Origin: Nemertoderma westbladi
Taxonomy: Eukaryota; Animalia; Xenacoelomorpha
Direction of reading: 5' to 3'
Length of the DNA: 39,025 nt
Assembly (NCBI GenBank): GCA_032718475.1
Contig: JAUCBJ010006044.1
Coordinates: 1 to 39,025, forward strand
This document shows, piece by piece, positions 35,720 through 39,025 of this stretch (within the stretch, counting starts at the first letter, position 1; every line of letters begins with the position of its first letter). Both the position numbers and the translations under genes were made by a program. The notes beneath the pieces were generated by a model, which was not told the DNA's origin, did not search any database, and worked only from the letters and a program-made list of their open reading frames with translations.

Positions 35720-37437
35720 TCCTCTGACTGATAAAATCACCCTGGGGGGTCAAGGTAAGGAAAGGAAAGGATTCTGGGCCAGGATATTAGCCAACTATTC
35801 GCAAAGAAACCTGTGTAGAACCACCCCCACCACAGTGATACTTATTACGCAGTTCTATAGAATCTCTTTATAGTGCTGATGGATATATATTAATTAGTTT
35901 GATTGAAAACTCATCTTCCTAAAGTAAAGCCGTCCAATTCCTCCCAAGTTCGTTAACAAGCGAGAAAGGAACGGTGAAGGGACCCAGAGGAGTTGTATAC
36001 TCCCATACACACTGAATGGAGCCGGAAAGGCGCTGCAGTTATCGGTATATGCAGGCCATCAACATATCTTACTGTCGGCATGGCAAAAGGGAAAGCTTTC
36101 TAGTGTAAAAAGTCTTTAATAACAAAAAGGTTAGGGTTACTGATGCCTTGCTTTTCTTATCTACCTCATTTCGAGGGGAATATTGAATTGTTTTGATATC
36201 GGGCCGAGATCGGATAGCAATCATTAAAGCCAAAATAGGAAGTAAAATATTTAAACTCATTAGAAGAGGTGGAAATCGTAATCTTGGGATGGTTAATGAC
36301 GGATGAAACATTAGGAACCCAGAAATAAATTATTTAAATGTACCGGGATTTCATCGCCTTTGTCTCACCTCAACAAACACTTTGGTTAATTTGAACGGAG
36401 CGTTTTAATGCATCGGCCTTAATGAATAATTCCTCTGAAATGAATCCCAACGATTGGGATTAGCGAGCGATTCGAACTCGCGGAAATCATCCACGTTTAC
36501 TATAATTGCACCAAATCTACTCGTGGTAACTTCCTAAGTTACACCTCCCTAATACTTATTCCGGCATCTCTTATTCACCCAAATGCAATATCGCAAATTT
36601 TCGTTTTTAATTTGGTTGAAATTTAATTTTACATTCAAAAAAACATTCCTTGGTAAATTTATTATTTTTATTAATATTATTCAGTTCCCGGCAAACTGGT
36701 TTCAAGGAAGATTACATTGTGCCAAAATTACTATAAGGCGAAACCGGGGGTCTATCTTTCAGTATTACAGTATTGATTATCGTTAATGAAATTAAAATTA
36801 TTATTATTTAGTTAAAAATCAATTTCGTTTAATTTAGTAAATCAGTAACATATAAATAAATCGCGCTAGGGCATTTCGACTCTACTGCCACCTACAGAAC
36901 AGAGATTGTAAACAAAAAAACCGTTAAATTTGGCGTCAACCGATTTACCGATATAATCTCTCAAACATTAGTTCTTACATACTAAACATCAAATTAATTG
37001 TAATTATCCAAACACAGAATCAAATATGAAGAATTCGACTCCATGATAATACAGTAAATCCGGAATCAATGGCAAAGTATAATGGCAAATAGTTAATTAC
37101 TATGTATAGGATAAGGTGTGGAGGAAGTGAACAATAAACTTAATTTCTATAAAACAGCGTGTAAATAGTAATTTGGGAATAGGAACAATACGCCAGTTGT
37201 ATGGTTATGGTTGGGGTACCTCACATTAAACGTGGGGCGAGCCACGACCACAGGAGTGGATTGGACATCGTAAAGCCAATAACTCAATTGATGAAATTAA
37301 ACTGACATTGGAACACAGGCTGTCAAAATCTGAGAAAACCGTACGGCTATATATTGGACGGGCATTTCGCGCATTTATCAGTGACTCAGTGATAAAGCCC
37401 CCAATAAGAGCGCGTTATATTGTGGAAAAAGCGAGAC

Positions 37438-37528
37438 TTACTACCAAAACCAGTATATAAAAAACCAGCACACCCTCACAGTGGTAACCCTTACTACCAA
37501 AACCAGTAAATAAAAACCCAGCACACCT
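37438..37528. repeat. Short direct repeat, about 52-bp period x2
   Basis: ttactaccaaaaccagta(t/a)ataaaaa(a/c)ccagcacacc twice. Confidence 0.75.
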
Positions 37529-38285
37529 CCAAAACAAATTATCTTGAAGGAGCAACTCGGTCTTTTTAAAGCAGCGAGATAATTGTTCTCAATTCAGTCG
37601 ATTTTCGATAACATTTGAAGTGGCGATAGTGATTAATAAAGCTACAGGGAGTGTATGCCTATTACAGCCAGAGAACTAACTCACTACATTACGAATGTTA
37701 CCCGATATTCATAGCAATGGACGCTGGTCACGGAACCACTGCGGAATTGCAGCAATTGAAACAATAGTGAGGTTGAGTGCTGGGACGTGAGTGCATGGCG
37801 TGCTGGGTGCCCCTGACCGTGTGCTGTTCTACACCAACACTGGCAATACAGACACCACCACGGGTGGCCAAACTACTAACTAATACCCGAATACCGAAGG
37901 CTATTTCCTACAAAAGCAGAAAGCTATTCGGAAGTTCGTTTAGGTTGAGATCCACGGCGCAGGCAACTTCCGGAAGGAAATGCATCCCAAACCGATTCCG
38001 AATCGCATCTCATTTAATTGACATCAACTTGAAGCTGCGAATATATAACTATAACCCCGAAACGAGTCAAGCGATGAAAGGGCCACAGGGTGTGTTTGTG
38101 TGGGGGGGGGGGGGGGGGGGTGTGGGGTGGCAAATGTACGATATGGGGTTAGGTGAGTAGAGAGAGAGAGTCGGGGTGTGGCGTACAGCAATATAAAAGC
38201 AACCCAAAGTACAAATCATTACGTATAAATCGAAAATACGCAAGGTAAAATGACCGTGACCGACCCATTTAAGGTCCATATATCA

Positions 38286-39025
38286 TAACACACACGATAC
38301 TCGTTCCCGACACACACGATACTCGTTCCCGCTCTGCTAACACACACGATACTCGTTCCCGCTCTGCTAACACACACGATACTCGTTCCTGCTCTGCTAA
38401 CACACACGATACTCGTTCCCGCTCTGCTAACACACACGATACTCGTTCCCGACACACACGATACTCGTTCCCGACACACACGATACTCGTTCCCGACACA
38501 CACGATACTCGTTCCCGACACACACGATACTCGTTCCCGCTCTGCTAACACACACGATACTCGTTCCCGCTCTGCTAACACACACGATACTCGTTCCCGC
38601 TCTGCTAACACACACGATACTCGTTCCTGCTCTGCTAACACACACGATACTCGTTCCCGCTCTGCTAACACACACGATACTCGTTCCCGCTCTGCTAACA
38701 CACACGATACTCGTTCCCGACACACACGATACTCGTTCCCGACACACACGATACTCGTTCCCGACACACACGATACTCGTTCCCGACACACACGATACTC
38801 GTTCCCGCTCTGCTAACACACACGATACTCGTTCCCGACACACACGATACTCGTTCCCGACACACACGATACTCGTTCCCGCTCTGCTAACACACACGAT
38901 ACTCGTTCCCGCTCTGCTAACACACACGATACTCGTTCCCCGCTCTGCTAACACACACCAATACTCGTTCCCGCTAACACACACGATACTCGTTCCCGCT
39001 CTGCTAACCACACACGATACTCGTT
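38286..39025. repeat. Compound minisatellite of interspersed 22-bp and 30-bp units, truncated by window edge
   Basis: cacacacgatactcgttccc followed by ga or gctctgctaa. Confidence 0.96.

Noticed and set aside
30511-38285. Further plexin exons or other genes
   Set aside because: No Sema/PSI/TIG-like translation recognised; short ORFs look random, though small exons could have been missed
1-39025. CRISPR arrays
   Set aside because: All arrays are head-to-tail units without unique spacers, there are no cas genes, and the context is a spliced animal gene

Overview
AT-rich, intron-containing animal (probably invertebrate) genomic DNA. The window holds the 3' part of a plexin-A-like gene on the minus strand. 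I reconstructed 21 phase-consistent GT-AG exons between 29794 and the stop at 894, giving about 1350 aa: PSI and IPT/TIG repeats, TM, and the split RasGAP/RBD cytoplasmic region. The Sema domain lies outside the window. Three things stand out. (1) The transmembrane/juxtamembrane exon is present as two diverged, intact, identically sized 153-nt copies, most likely mutually exclusive. (2) A two-exon gene for an orphan Ig-like type-I membrane protein is nested antisense in a plexin intron. (3) About 38% of the window is homogeneous minisatellite, and four arrays have units that copy the exon end plus the 5' splice site of the gene they sit in, on either strand, while none copies an acceptor. Also present: an RTE-like LINE remnant, MITE-like and foldback elements, and two abutting tandem duplications. 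All coordinates and counts were made by eye.
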